Below are positions 39,326 to 53,139 of a stretch of DNA of 61,470 bases, piece by piece. A model generated the notes under the pieces. That model did not search any database, was not told the origin of the DNA, and saw only the letters and a list, made by a program, of their open reading frames with translations. The stretch's first letter is position 1, and the number at the start of each line of letters is the position of its first letter. The stretch comes from Octopus sinensis. Its lineage: Eukaryota. The DNA lies in contig NW_021837033.1 in assembly GCF_006345805.1 (NCBI RefSeq), positions 1 to 61,470 of the forward strand. The letters are read 5' to 3'. The position numbers were made by a program, and so were the translations under genes.

Positions 39326-39448
39326 TGATATGACTGTCCCAATCGATATAAATGTATCTGTCAAAATCTACCAAAAAACCAAATATATGGCACCCTAGGC
39401 ATAACAACAACATGAACTTGTACAAATGTAAAGCAAAAGTCAAACATA
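39326..39448 (+). mobile_element. Short R4-like derivative (RLE fragment fused to a 3' UTR)
   Basis: IDMTVPIDINVSVKIYQK joined directly to cctaggcataacaacaacatgaac...aaagcaaaagtcaaacatag(aat)n. A second copy lies at 40206. Confidence 0.65.
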
Positions 39449-39482
<34 letters not shown>

Positions 39483-39483
39483 C

Positions 39484-39514
<31 letters not shown>

Positions 39515-39515
<1 letters not shown>

Positions 39516-40025
39516 GATGGTATAGGCACACACCAGAAAAGGTCACAGAAAACAAGAAAGCAACCATACTCTGTGATATGCCGATACACAGATAGAGAAA
39601 TTAAGGCCAACAGACCAGATATAGTTGTCAGAGATCATGAAGAAAAAAATACTTTCTAATTGATGTATCAATACCGGCAGATGACAACGTGTCTCTAAAA
39701 GAAATGGAGAAACTCTCAAAATACAAAGACCTGGAAATAGAGGTAACCAGAATGTGGAATCTAAAAACAGAAACAATTCCTATCATAGTAGGTGCATTAG
39801 GCATGATAAAAAAATATTCAGACAAATACATAACAAAAACACCAGGACTTACAAACACATATAACATACAGAAAATTGCACTACTAGGCACTGCACACAT
39901 CCTACGCAGAACACTTTCCATACAATAACCATCAGAGCATCACAACAAATCACAGCACATACCTAAGGCACACAGAGTTGCGCTCGGTAGTGAAGTGAAA
40001 GCACGCTATAAAAATAAACTACTGA
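39515..40025 (+). mobile_element. 5'-truncated young R4/Dong-like LINE with an uninterrupted RLE reading frame
   Basis: Open frame 39515-39928: RWYRHTPEKVTENKKATILCDMPIHTDREIKANRPDIVV...LIDVSIPADDNVSLKEMEKLSKYKDLEIEVTRMW...IPIIVGALG...LGTAHILRRTLSIQ*. Flanked on both sides by (AAT)n. Confidence 0.92.
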
Positions 40026-40122
40026 ATAATAATATAATAATAATAATAATATAATAATAATAATAATAATATATAATAATAATAATAATAATAACAATAA
40101 TAATAATAATAATAATAATAAT

Positions 40123-40153
<31 letters not shown>

Positions 40154-40172
40154 TAATAATAATAATATAATA

Positions 40173-40205
<33 letters not shown>

Positions 40206-40206
<1 letters not shown>

Positions 40207-40373
40207 TGATATGACTGTCCCAATCGATATAAATGTATCTGTCAAAATCTACCAAAAACCAAATATATGGCACCCTAGGCATAACAACAACATGAACTTC
40301 CAACCTGTTGTCTCTTGAGGTCTCTGGTTGAGACTTGGAGCCAACTTGTACAAATGCAAAGCAAAAGTCAAAC

Positions 40374-40412
<39 letters not shown>

Positions 40413-40422
40413 GTCAAACATA

Positions 40423-40424
<2 letters not shown>
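40206..40424 (+). mobile_element. Second, longer copy of the short R4-like derivative
   Basis: Near-identical to 39326-39448, plus an extra ~45-bp 3' UTR segment (ccaacctgttgtctcttgaggtctctggttgagacttggag). Confidence 0.65.
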
Positions 40425-40483
<59 letters not shown>

Positions 40484-40488
40484 TATAA

Positions 40489-40845
40489 TAAGCATCATAG
40501 CCATGTGTTGAGAAGGATTCTTTGGGGTTTGAATAATTCACCTCTGGAAACATGGGTGTTTCGTTCAACGTCCTTAAACAACCCTTTTTCAGGGACCTTT
40601 TGAGCGGGATGGGTTACTCGATCTGAAGAAAATTCTAACTGGGCTCCACCTGCAAGGTCATGTGCTGTTTATCTTGATATGAGATCACCATGTCGCGCAC
40701 ATATGGTTGTGATGCATGTGCCTGGTGTACCCTTATCAGACGGGTAGTCATGATGGGTATACTGGGCTTCGTATATTTTACCCCAGTGTCACTTTGATGG
40801 CATGCCCTGCTCGCTCACTCAATAATAATAATAATAATAATTATT
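40489..40845 (+). mobile_element. Unclassified ~330-bp insert between (AAT)n tracts, probably a retroelement 3' end
   Basis: Unique sequence bounded by (AAT)n on both sides like its LINE neighbours; no reading frame recognised. Confidence 0.45.
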
Positions 40846-43070
40846 AGTATTATGAGGTTGATGGCGATTTCCAAGATAAGCCCTTGTCTCACATAACGGA
40901 GTGATACTTGTTGGGCGTTTGTCGGTTATTTTTAGCTGGTGGATCGATTTCCTAGAGGATAATTCGATTGTCTTGTCAAATCTCTGATTTTCCTTTCAGT
41001 ACGTGCATGGTATTGATTAAATCGAACTCAGTACGTCACTGTTGCTTATTTTCGGAATAGGAAGGTTTTAAAAGCTAACGTCGTATGTGGGAAGAATTTG
41101 AACTGAGAACACGAAAGGAAGGAAACGGACGATATAGCAAGCAGCAATAATATGGCGGAAAAAAATTAAAATATAATAATAAAAGGACTGGACAAAAAAA
41201 AAAAAAGAAAAAGAAAAAGATGAGGGGGAGGAGGATAGGAAATGCAGGTGTAGACGAAGAGAAATAAAACGAAGAAAATGAAGAAGAAAGAGGCGGAGAA
41301 GTGTAAACGAAGAAAATCAACACCTGAATAAAAAGAAAATAATTGGAGAAAAGCAGACGACAGGCGATGATAATAACTAAAAATAAGAACAAAACACAAC
41401 AATAAAAATATCAACAAGAACAAAACAATAACGGAAGTTGCACGAAAAACAAGAACATTAACTACAACAATAAAATAGGTGATAGAAGCCAGAACAAGAA
41501 ACATATTACGAAATCCTATTAAAATAGATGGACGGAAATAATTACAAAATCAGTGGAGAATATTTTAAACCACAAATATCGACTTCAATTTAGATTGAGA
41601 CAAAAGAAATAGAATGCTGTTTTTATTTAATGTTATATTTTCAGCAGTAGTTTCGTATTTCTTTGTAAATACTGCGTATGAGCCCCTCATTTAAACGTCT
41701 TCCTATTCTTTGTGGCAGGATATTGAAATTTGTAAGAACATTCATTAGTTAAACATTTATGTTTTATCATCGTCATCATCGTCGTTGACACTATCAGTTA
41801 CTGTGGTCATCGTTGTTGATATCATCGCCAACGCCATCGCCATTATCATCGTCAAGATCTGCATCAGCATCTTGTGTTGTCTTCTAATGTAATTTCATTT
41901 ATGTAGTCAAGGGTGTCTAATAGAAATCGATTCCAGTACTTTGTTTTTATCAACTTCGAAATGATGAAAGCTAACATTGAATTCGCCGAGATTTGAACTC
42001 AGAACATAAAGATCCTTATTTTTCTTACTATCATCGTAAAAATGATGGCGTAGCAGATAAGCAATTAATTTTTTACGTCTCTCCATTCAGGGTGCAAATT
42101 CCACTGAAGTTTACTTTCCTATTCTCTCACTTTTTGCGTTGATAACATAAACTTAAAAGTAAATTTACGCCCACAGTTTTGTACGCGGTAAAACCCCCGG
42201 CAAGAATATAAGGTTTGAAATCCTGAATTAACTCACTTCACTCCAAATTCACTGCTAGTGCTCTTTCGTCCTTACTTCACATTTCTCGTAACTACAAAAC
42301 ACAAAGCAAAGGAAACCTACCTCGTTTTACTTGTTGATAAATGCTTCACCAGGAGACACGTAGTGTGCACCGGTTCAAACCAGAATGGTCACTAAAAGAA
42401 AAAAAAACCCCGCAAAATAAGTATTAGCTACGCAAAAACACTATTATCTTTTGTCTAATTTTAGTAGCACCACACCAATGGACGTATAAAATACGTGAGG
42501 TTTTTCTGTCGCACCCTGTATATATTGACTTTGCACTTACTGAATGGAAAGCAGAGATTATACGAGTTAACAAAGGAACCTCTACACAATCATTCGATCA
42601 ACCAAAAATAGCAGGCTAATATCCACCAAAAACAATTCTATTATCTTTAAAGAGGCTATTATCTAAAGAGGCTTTAGTGCTTTTTTCACTACCGCTCCTT
42701 TTCTTTTGCTAAGACATTTACAACATTTTTTTAATGTACATACACGAAATAACATGCCAGAGGAATTTAGTTCCGGGTACAGTAAGTGAATATTGGACGA
42801 ATAGTGATGATAGCAACAAGCAGTTTATTATATGAATATTATATTATATTTAATATTCTTTAAAGTTTATATTTTTTTTGTAAATGACAAAAGCTTAAAA
42901 ATTGGGACTACTTTGGTCCCTAATATCCACATAAAATTTTACATTCTCCCTACAATATGGGCAATAGCACCCGCTTTGTAAAATTCTAACCTTAATCCTT
43001 CATGGTCTTAGAAAGATGGGATGGTTGCAACAGTTAGGACTTTGACCAATCAAGATTCATATGGGCTGAA

Positions 43071-43266
43071 TATTGGTTTCAACTTTTGGCACAAGGCCAG
43101 CAAGTTCAGAGGAGAGGTTAAGTCGGCTCAACTGGTATTTATTTTTTCGACTCTCAAAGCATGAAAGTCAACCTCAGCAGAATTTGAACTCAGAACATAA
43201 TGACGGACGAATTGCTGCTGAACTTCTTTGCTCGGCATGCTAACGGTTCCGCCAGCTCACCACCTT
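43071..43266 (-). mobile_element. Degenerate SINE-A (A2 tail)
   Basis: ggcacaaggccagcaag...gaaagtcaacctcagcagaatttgaactcagaac...gccagctcaccacct. Confidence 0.8.
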
Positions 43267-44374
43267 ATATGGGTTGAATATCAGCAACAAACCAAATATT
43301 TGTTAAGAGAGAGAAATGTTTAGATAATTCCAGAGCAAAGAAATATCTGTTTTGTTTAACAAAACAGAAACCAGTCCTTGCACTGTCGTTTCTTCAGAGC
43401 GAGTATTTTGGTCATATAACAATTTCGCACTTCCTCACATAAGTCTTTACATTTCTGTAGAATTCTGCAAGTTTTCTTGAGTTACAGAGGACGTGTCACA
43501 AAGAGCAGACAAAAAACAGTGCTCCATTATCTAGTTTGTGTCATGACATTCCCAGACAACTCGGCCAGTTTTGTAATCCCATCTGTTCGCTCCCACTCCT
43601 GCTATTATCCTCTGTGCGTCTTAGCTAGGGTAGTCGTCTTTAGCAGAGAGAAAGTGGAGTAGAAATTCTTTAGTCAATTTGGAGAGGATTGTTCTTAAGC
43701 TTCTATTTCATATCGAGATCTTAGAAAAGTTTTACTATTAACAGCGAAATTGACCTCATATTTCGAAGCCAAACTAATTGATAGTGATATAAGGGAAGTC
43801 AAATCCGTAAATGCTAGAAGATCCGCTATCCAATATCTGTAGAAGAGGTAAAATAGACTGAATCAATCACCGTAGATTACTGGTATCTTATGTCCCGCAT
43901 CTGAAGAGAGAGAGAGAGAGAGAGAGAAAGACAGTAATATCTATTTCGTGGGATATCGAAACACTGGGGGCTGAAATACCTGAGTAAACATCGGTTTAAC
44001 TTTGGTTATATCGTAGAGAAGAGGAATTAGGGAACTTGTAGGATTTCTGTCGTCCCTTAAATCATTGCAAGTAGGAAACAAAGAAGATCACTCGAATAAA
44101 CATTGAAATTATACTAGAAAGTCTGGTCTGGAGTCACTCTAGCTCTCATATTATACTGAATGGTCGATATACATCTTGAACACAAGATACACTAAAGTCG
44201 TATAATGGCAACCCAGTATGGTTACAGAAAATATGAAATGAGGAAATGAGGAAATATGTTTGGACGTAGATAGACGTGGGTTGCTGCTGACATTCCCACA
44301 TTCTTAAATTTAAGCACATCCAAACCTATACAATCACATAAATACAAACACAGGATAAATAGGATAAAGATCCT

Positions 44375-44595
44375 TCCAAGATTAGTTTCCCGGGTTTTAT
44401 GACGTATCTATTCCACGCCTGTACAGTAATCCCGTCTATCGCGGGATTACTCATTATCTCCAACTGAGTGGACTAGAGCAACGTGAAATGAAGTATTTTG
44501 CTTAAGAACACGACGCATCGCCAAGTCCAGGAATCGAAACCGCAGTGTTACTATCATGAATCCGACACCCTAACCACTAACCCACGCGCTTCCTC
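44375..44595 (-). mobile_element. SINE-D (tRNA head plus CORE-like domain) with a C3-like tail
   Basis: Minus strand: ttagtggttagggtgtcggattcatga...gtttcgattcctgg...gtgttcttaagcaaaatacttcatttcacgttgctctagtccactcagttg...gcgatagacggg...aaaacccgggaaac. Confidence 0.7.
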
Positions 44596-45456
44596 TAAAT
44601 ACACACACACACATACATTCTTATACATTTCTTCAGAATATGAAATATGTTCCGCTGTTTGAGTTATTCGTTCTGCCAGTTACAAAGACTGGGTCATTTG
44701 GACGTTTCATATTTCTAATACGAACAGAGTGTAGCACCGTCGAGGCACGACATCGAAATCAGCTAATGTGATTTTGACGTCTATACTTTATCAATTCGGT
44801 AATTTTGGTTCTTACCGATAAGAATAAGAAATATGCAGGTGACCTGATACACAAAACCATTTTCACTTCTACTTTGCAATTTTCTTATTTTAAACTTTTG
44901 CCGTCTCTAATACCTTTGACCACTACAGACGTCACTAAAGCACAATTTTCTCAGTTGTATAACACCGAGCTTTTGTAAAGTGGAAATACAAATCAATATT
45001 GAAAGACAGAGTTAATGCTAAGTGATTATGCTACTTCCAGTGCATATACAGTGCGCTAATGCTCAACGGACATGGCTTAAAAGAGTCTCGCCACAAAAGC
45101 GAAGCTAGTTTATTTAATATAAGAAGAGAGAGGCTTTTATGAATGAAGAAACTGTAACCGATATACCTTTTATTTTAGTCAGTTATGCCATTTGTGGTGT
45201 TGATAATTCGATCTAAGAACTTCAGTATTTTAACTTTGTCTCAAAATGGGCAGAAAATATTTGACCAAGCTGAAAAACATTTGATATATCACGTAACAAC
45301 ATCGATGTTTCTTTTTACAATCTCTGCAATCAGGACATCGACCTCTAGGAAATTGTTTGAGTGACAACAGAGAAATTAATAAATTACAGATTTCAAGCAA
45401 CTTGGCGGTCAATCGTTGGAAAACTAGTTTAAACTTTCGGCAAACGACACACACAC

Positions 45457-45505
<49 letters not shown>

Positions 45506-45528
45506 CACACACACACGCACACAACACA

Positions 45529-45570
<42 letters not shown>

Positions 45571-47644
45571 ACATACTTGGTATGTTCAATAAACCTTGAG
45601 ACAGCTCGAGAATTAGATAAATGTTTATTTATTTGGTTTTAACCATTAGAAATAGACGTGAGTTGTAACATCTGGTTAAATAGGTTTACAAACATTTTTT
45701 TTTAAATGTTATGTTATCGCTTTTTGTACGAAATGCCAAATAACAACACTGAACAGTTTTTGTTCGGAAGAGAGAAGCAAGCTTTAGCATATTGAATGAA
45801 TTACAAGGACATGATGATGAATGGCATTGCATTGGAACAATATGTTGCTGAAACAATGAATCGAGAAGTAATGGAACAACTGCAGAAGATGGTAAGGAGT
45901 TTGGAAGAGTTGCAATAATTGACGAAGCTTAACAGCCAACGTAAAAATAAATAAAAAATAAAACTCGTATGTCGACCATTCATCGAAAAGCACTTACGTT
46001 CAGAATTCTTTTGGAATTAAATAATTGAGGTTAAGTTTACGGGAAATAGAATGAAAATTACTGGCGAATTCTACTCTAAATTGGCGTTAAAAATGAGAAA
46101 GAAAAAGACAAAACTAAATCTCAAATCTCTGTTTCCTGCAGGTCATTGCTTCTGTACACTGTTGTAGGATGACATCATCTTTGGCCAATACTGAAATGGT
46201 CTTCATTTCATGTCTTTTGATGCCAGACCCCTCGTCATTTCTCTCCTTTTCTGCATACGGAAAATGTCTTATGAATAACCCGAGTAACAATAAAGGAGAT
46301 TTGAAAGAGATAGTGCTACACTTTATTTTACTTTATATTTGAGAATTTGTATTTGAAAAGACCGTGTTCCAATTCTAGGTGGAGACTGTAACAAGGCCCT
46401 AGCTTTAACGTGTTAACATTTAGACCTACAAATACATCTGAAGTAGCCTGAGTATTAGTGGCTATTATTCCATAGCTTAGTTTTACAATAGAGATCAAAT
46501 AATAACATTATTGTTTACAAAATTAAAAGAAACTTAGAATACAGAAAACTATCGATAACTTTGATTTATTAATCATAATTTTTAATATCACGTTAATAAT
46601 GATGATCAAATATTAGTCCATGTGTGACCAGTCCATCTAAGATTGCCCTTGGTTCTGTCACAAAAAAATATTTAAAAAAATATATTTGAATTAACCTTTC
46701 CATCAAAATTTTATGTTAATTTATGACCCGAATACCAGCTTATTTCAGTACAATTTTTCCATTATTCAAAAAATTACTTAAAACAAAGTGTGCTTCAATA
46801 AGAATATGGTTACAAAAATGGTTGACGCTTTGGTAATAACTCGCCTAAGAATGTATCTGGTTATCTCGTACAAACGTCCTGTTTTAAGGTGATCGAGATT
46901 CAAATCTCACATTCGATTGACCGACTAAATTACTTATTTTACCAAATTCTTCCTTATTTCCAAACTTTATTGAAACAAAGGTAACGTGTTTCAACAGAAC
47001 TAAGATAACAAAAGTGTTTATACGAAATTATAAAAAAATCATTTATTACATTTTCAGACATTCACCGCAGCACACCTAGTAACCGTCATCTCCAGTAAAT
47101 TAAAGCACAAGAGGAATATTGTTCCTGGTTTTTGCAGTTGTTTTTACTGATCCGAGTGTATACAGTAAAACAGGAGATTGGCATCTTGCACATACACAAT
47201 GAAATATACATACAAACCGGTTTGGTTTGGTTTGGTTGGAGTTATGCCATTCGCGAATTTATTACGGAGATACGTTTTGATGTTTCGATGTGGCTGGAGT
47301 TATGCCATTTCTGGTGTTGATAATTCGATTTAAGAGTTTTAGTGTTTGTAGCACTTTATCATTTTGTGTTGAAATGCGCATCAAATAGTTGACCACTTCT
47401 TTGTGAAATATATAGACACGTCACAGGAGAGTGTTGATAGCTGTTTTTAAAAGCCTTGCAATACATCGAGCGTTGACCTGTATAAGACTGTTTAAGTGAG
47501 GATAGAAAAATCTATAATTTACAGATATATGGGGAACTTGGCAGCAGGTTTTGCTACAGAGGCAGCTGAAAATTGGACAATACATACATACATACTCGCA
47601 CGCATGCACCCAAACACACACAAACACACACAGACACAGACACA

Positions 47645-47685
<41 letters not shown>

Positions 47686-47781
47686 TATACAGAGAGAGAG
47701 AGAGAGAGAGAAAAAGAGAGAGAGATGCATGCGTATATATATAGAGAGATAGATATACATATACATATATATATATATATG

Positions 47782-47848
<67 letters not shown>

Positions 47849-48050
47849 GTATATCTATCTATCTATCTCTATATATCTATTTCTTCTTTTGCTGGTGTCT
47901 CAAATTTAGGTTAAATCAGTGTTTCTCAACGGGGAGACCTATGGGACGTTTGGACAAGTTGTTTTGAGAAAATTTGGTTTAAATGTTTGACAACTCAGCA
48001 TCGTCCATTGGACGAAGGGCGTTTTGCTAGTATACACACACACACACATG

Positions 48051-48094
<44 letters not shown>

Positions 48095-49019
48095 GTGTGT
48101 GTGTGTTAGATCGAACTTCTAGAAATTACAACCAAACCTCCTTCAATTCGTGTCCCAATGTCGAACCTCTAAAGTACTTTAATTATCGCTTTATTGCGTT
48201 TGGAGCAAAAGGGAGATAATGAGCCTCACTGCTGGAGTTCTCTTCAGAACAGACCCGGGGCTAAATATAAATAAAAGTTAAGGACCACCACGACAACAAC
48301 AACAACAATTGCAACAACAACAACACGACGAAAACAGCATCAACAACAACAACAATAACAACACCAGTAACAACACCACTCATCAATTTTATTTGTGAGA
48401 CAAATTTTTTTCTCTCTCCTCTCTCCACTAGAACGCAACAAGAATTGAAACCAAAATTCAATCGATATCTCCAATTTATTGACAGAAGCACGATTCGATC
48501 AGCCGGTGGGCCAAAATGATAATGATGATGATAGTGATACGTATATGAGTGAATAAAACTCAAAATAAAACAAAATTGAATATTTTGAGTGCAAAATTAT
48601 GAACGCGATATGCATGCACCATTTTGGTTTTTGCGTACTCATGCTGTCTTTCGTTCTAGCAATATTCTAGACGAGTTGGAAAATGTACTAAATGACACCA
48701 ATTTAGTTGAGGAAGAATCAATACATTGGGTTAGATAGAAATTATACAAACTAGCGGCATCCGCAGGAATTCAACTTTTTAATTTGTTATTTGTGAAACG
48801 AAGTCAAAATGATGGTATATATATCACAGTGGTAAACCTATAATTTATTCATATTTGTGTGTATATATATATATGTACTATATATGTGTATTGCGTATGT
48901 GTATATGTGCTTGCGTATATATATATATATGTGTGTGTGTATGCATGTATGTGTATGTATATGTATGTATGAGTGCGTATGTGTGTGCGTGTTTGTGTGT
49001 GTGTGTGTATGTGTAATTA

Positions 49020-49215
49020 AGGTGCAAGTGGCTGAGCACTCCACAGACACGTATACGCTTACCGTAGTTCTCAGTATAATATAGAATGTGACATGGTTGA
49101 CCCTTTGAAATACAGGTACAACTCACTTTTGCCAACTGAGTGAATTGTAGCAACGTGAAATAAAGTGTCTTGCCCAAGGACACAACACGCAGCCGGGAAT
49201 CAAACCCACGACTCT
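49020..49215 (-). mobile_element. SINE-D (CORE-like) with a C1 tail
   Basis: Minus strand: gtgtccttgggcaagacactttatttcacgttgctacaattcactcagttgg (MIR-CORE-like) then ttgtacctgtatttcaaaggg...cgtgtctgtggagtgctcagccacttg, the same tail as 35132. Confidence 0.8.
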
Positions 49216-49237
49216 ACACACACACACACACACACAT

Positions 49238-49307
<70 letters not shown>

Positions 49308-51019
49308 GTCGTTTTTTAAAAGATCGGGTGAAATGTGTCATGTATATACAATCAATTTAGCTTCAATACCATCTCGACTGGATTAATTCCCATGCAATTA
49401 AATATCGCATAAAAGACGATAAATTACGAGGTTTCACTATATTGACAGTTATGAGGTATTGTAGGTGGAGCTGTTACGCAACGCAACTCTTGCCTGAAGA
49501 GCCGACAAACACTCTAAGGGAGGTAATCTAATATTCTGATGGTACCACTAACACATAACCGTGGTTGGCTGTTTTATCGACCCCGAAATGATGAAATGTA
49601 AACTTGGTAATGATAGCGTCTGAACTCATGGAGCCGTGTATCAGTCGTTTAATTCGTTCCAGCAAGAAAAAAGTACATATGATACTATGAGGCATTTCGT
49701 TTTATACTTTAAACTCTAAAGGGTCGGCAGAATTGTTAGTGTTGGACGAGATGGCAATGTTGGAACGCCGGATGAGAAAGCCTTGCGTTATTTACCCGAC
49801 TTCTTTACTTTCTTAGTTCTTAGGTAGAAGACTTAGTATTGTATCCAGTTGAACACCACCACTTTCTATTTTACGTATCTTGGGTATCTTTGTTATCCCC
49901 AGAAGAGAATTCGACTCAGTGTCTGATTTGAGAATAACCTTTTCACTTCTTCCCAGCAGAGTCGGAAATGCTTAAAAAATATGAGTCACCAACGCAGTCC
50001 TTAATCACCTAATTAATTAGTCATAAAAATAAAAACAAATACATAATGATCACCGTATTCTTGTGACGATCTCAGCTCTAATTAATTTAGCAAAAACTCT
50101 GTGTTCTGAGAATCAACAGAAGACTAGCGGAACGACGACAATGTGCGACGCTAATTTATTCTATAGTTTTATTAATGACCTACACGGTTTCAAGGGAATT
50201 ATCATCATTAAAATATATCTATACACACCACCAATAAGTTGGCTTTCATTATATTCGAGACGAAGTCATGATCCAAATATTAATTATTTAGCCGAATGGA
50301 ATAAATATTTTAATTAACAAATGATTAATCCGACAGAATGGCGAACACGGCTTAAACACACGACTGTCCATAAAAGCAGAGACCTCGAATATTACTATGG
50401 CAAACAGGCAGGAATAAGAGAAGACACAGTTGATTAATTCGACTGTTATACCCCATTAGTGCTTTTTTTATCGACGCCAGAATTATAAAAAGCAAAGAAG
50501 ACCACGACCGGAATTGAACTCACAGTGTTAAGAGGCGAAATAACGTGATACACAAGATAATTCACACGCGTCCAAATATTATTTACTCTGAACATATCCT
50601 CCACCCCCAGGAAATATAACGTTTTTTTTTGTTACATAAATTCAAAGTATGGTGTCTAGTTGGCTCATAAGGTTGTAGGTTCAATTCATGGACCCGACAT
50701 CATGCTGTAACTTTGACGAAGGTACTTTCGTTTTCCGTTACTCTCATTTACTCAGCTGAAATGAAAATAATCCAAGATATTTTGCTGTGAGGTCAAAGGT
50801 AGAAGGGACGAAAATGCACATGTAAAAGACACTCACACACACATATACACACCCATAGACACCCATATATACACACGCATAGACACACATATCTGCACAT
50901 AAATGTCTACAGATGACAAAATGTTTGTTTGTGAAATAAATGACTGTTTGATAGAAATCTGTGAACGTGTATATACGAGGTCTGATCAATAAGCATGCGC
51001 CTATATCTCAAATAATATA

Positions 51020-51398
51020 TGGAAGCACTCCGTCGGTTCCGACGATGAGGGTTCCGGTTGATCCGATCAACGGAACAGCCTGCTCGTGAAATTAACGTGT
51101 AAGTGGCTGAGCACTCCACAGACACGTGTACCCTTAACGTAGTTCTCGGGGATATTCAGCATGTCACAGAGAGTGGCAAGGCCGGCCCTTTGAAATACAG
51201 GTACAACAGAAACAGGAAGTAAGAGAGAGTTGTGGTGAAACAGTACAGCAGGGATCACCACAATCCCATGCCGGAGCCTCGTGGAGCTTTTAGGTGTTTT
51301 CGCTCAATAAACACTCACAACGCCCGGTCTGGGAATCGAAACCACTATCCTACGACCGCGAGTCCGCTGCCCTAACCACTGGGCCATTGCGCCTCCAC
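51020..51398 (-). mobile_element. SINE-C, full length, tail type C1, 14-bp TSD
   Basis: Reverse complement of the 35132 copy. tctcaaataatata at 51006-51019 and 51399-51412. Confidence 0.93.
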
Positions 51399-51955
51399 TC
51401 TCAAATAATATAGAGAAAACATGTCCCCTTTCGTAACATCCTTATTGATATAAATGAAGGGATCTGAGGAATGGCCTTCAAACTGAATAGTTTTATTCTC
51501 ACTCTTGTGAAACTTCTTGCTGTTGGAGACCTATGGCACTATAACCAATATTTCTTGCTTCTTTAGCTACCATTTCTTGCTACCACACTATATTGTTTCC
51601 ACCAATAAAGAGTGCGTCGAAAGACGACTGCTATTCTTGAAATGTGTGATGGGTGGAATGTTTAAAATCTATGATTCTCACCAGAATTATTTTGTAGTTA
51701 ATCTTCAATCTATTCTAGGTAAATTACTTCAGCAACTCTCTGACAACGAAAGACAATAAATAAATTATGCGCAACCACAGAAATATGGACAAAAGCAGAC
51801 AGTTACTCTCTCACTCGCTGAAAACCATTCTCTATCTGACATACATATGCACAATGCACGCACGCACACACACACACATGTATATAGTCATGCATATCTC
51901 TAAGTGCGATTTCTATGCAAATATATTTGGGTGTATAAATATATATATATATAAT

Positions 51956-52022
<67 letters not shown>

Positions 52023-52260
52023 GATATATATCATATATTTTATATGCACACACAAATATACAGATATAAACGCAATTTGAATGGTGAATAATTATTATAC
52101 TTCCTGTTTATTTACACATACACAAAGAAACATACATGTGTGTGTTTGTGAGCAAGTATGCGGTATATATATATACACTGCACACACAAACACATACACA
52201 CACATGTATATGATGTATGCCTGCATGTATATATGCATGTATGTATATATGTATGTATAG

Positions 52261-52310
<50 letters not shown>

Positions 52311-52525
52311 CACACCCATATATATATATAATATATATATAATTATATATATGTATGTATTTCTGTATAAACAAAAAATAACGTTTATGATTTCAGTTTC
52401 GTTCACTGAGACACAATTAGTGTGTATAATACATATCTGTATGTATATGTTTTGTATGTGTGATACATACGTCTCTTCGTATGTATGTATGTATGTATGT
52501 ATGCATGCGATATCTATGCTTTCAG

Positions 52526-52570
<45 letters not shown>

Positions 52571-53139
52571 CTCAACTGGAATCATAAATAATTTACTGCG
52601 GCTATTTATAAGCCGATTTCATTTTCACCAACATAATTTAACAAGAATTATCACGTTCAAAAATGGAAACATATATATTCTCTATTAATATTTTAGTTGA
52701 TAAAATAACATCTGTTATTTAAGAAACTGTAAAAAGACTAAACAGAATGATTCAACACAGAAATATTGATTTCCTCGCTGATAAACACACTTAGAACAAT
52801 TCCGAAAGAAACAAAAATTATATACATATCACGAAGAACGAACTTATTTATATATCTATATTTATTTTTTTTTAAATAATAAAAATAAAGACACTTGAAT
52901 TTGTCAAAATTCTATGCACTTATTTGTGGTAACCATTCTTCTTTTTACCATTTCGTAGCAAATGGTTCTGAGGCAGACAGAATTTCGAACTATATATACA
53001 ATTTGTATAGAATTGTTAAAGCAGAAGAGGGCAGGATGTTGACTGTGACTCTTGTAAGAGTTCCTTGTTTTGTAGAATTCATAATACGTGTGATGGCTAA
53101 TCTAAATACAAGGAAAGAAAATGTGAGCATGTTCGATAC

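Noticed and set aside
42490-42521. Tc1/mariner right end (...gtcgcaccctgta)
   Set aside because: No matching left TIR or coding remnant identified.
47917-47990. Mini hAT element (cagtgtttctcaac...)
   Set aside because: The second terminus is too poor and no 8-bp TSD is visible.
50971-50996. Mariner element starting tatacgaggtctgatcaataag
   Set aside because: Only about 25 bp resemble a mariner TIR; no partner TIR or transposase follows.
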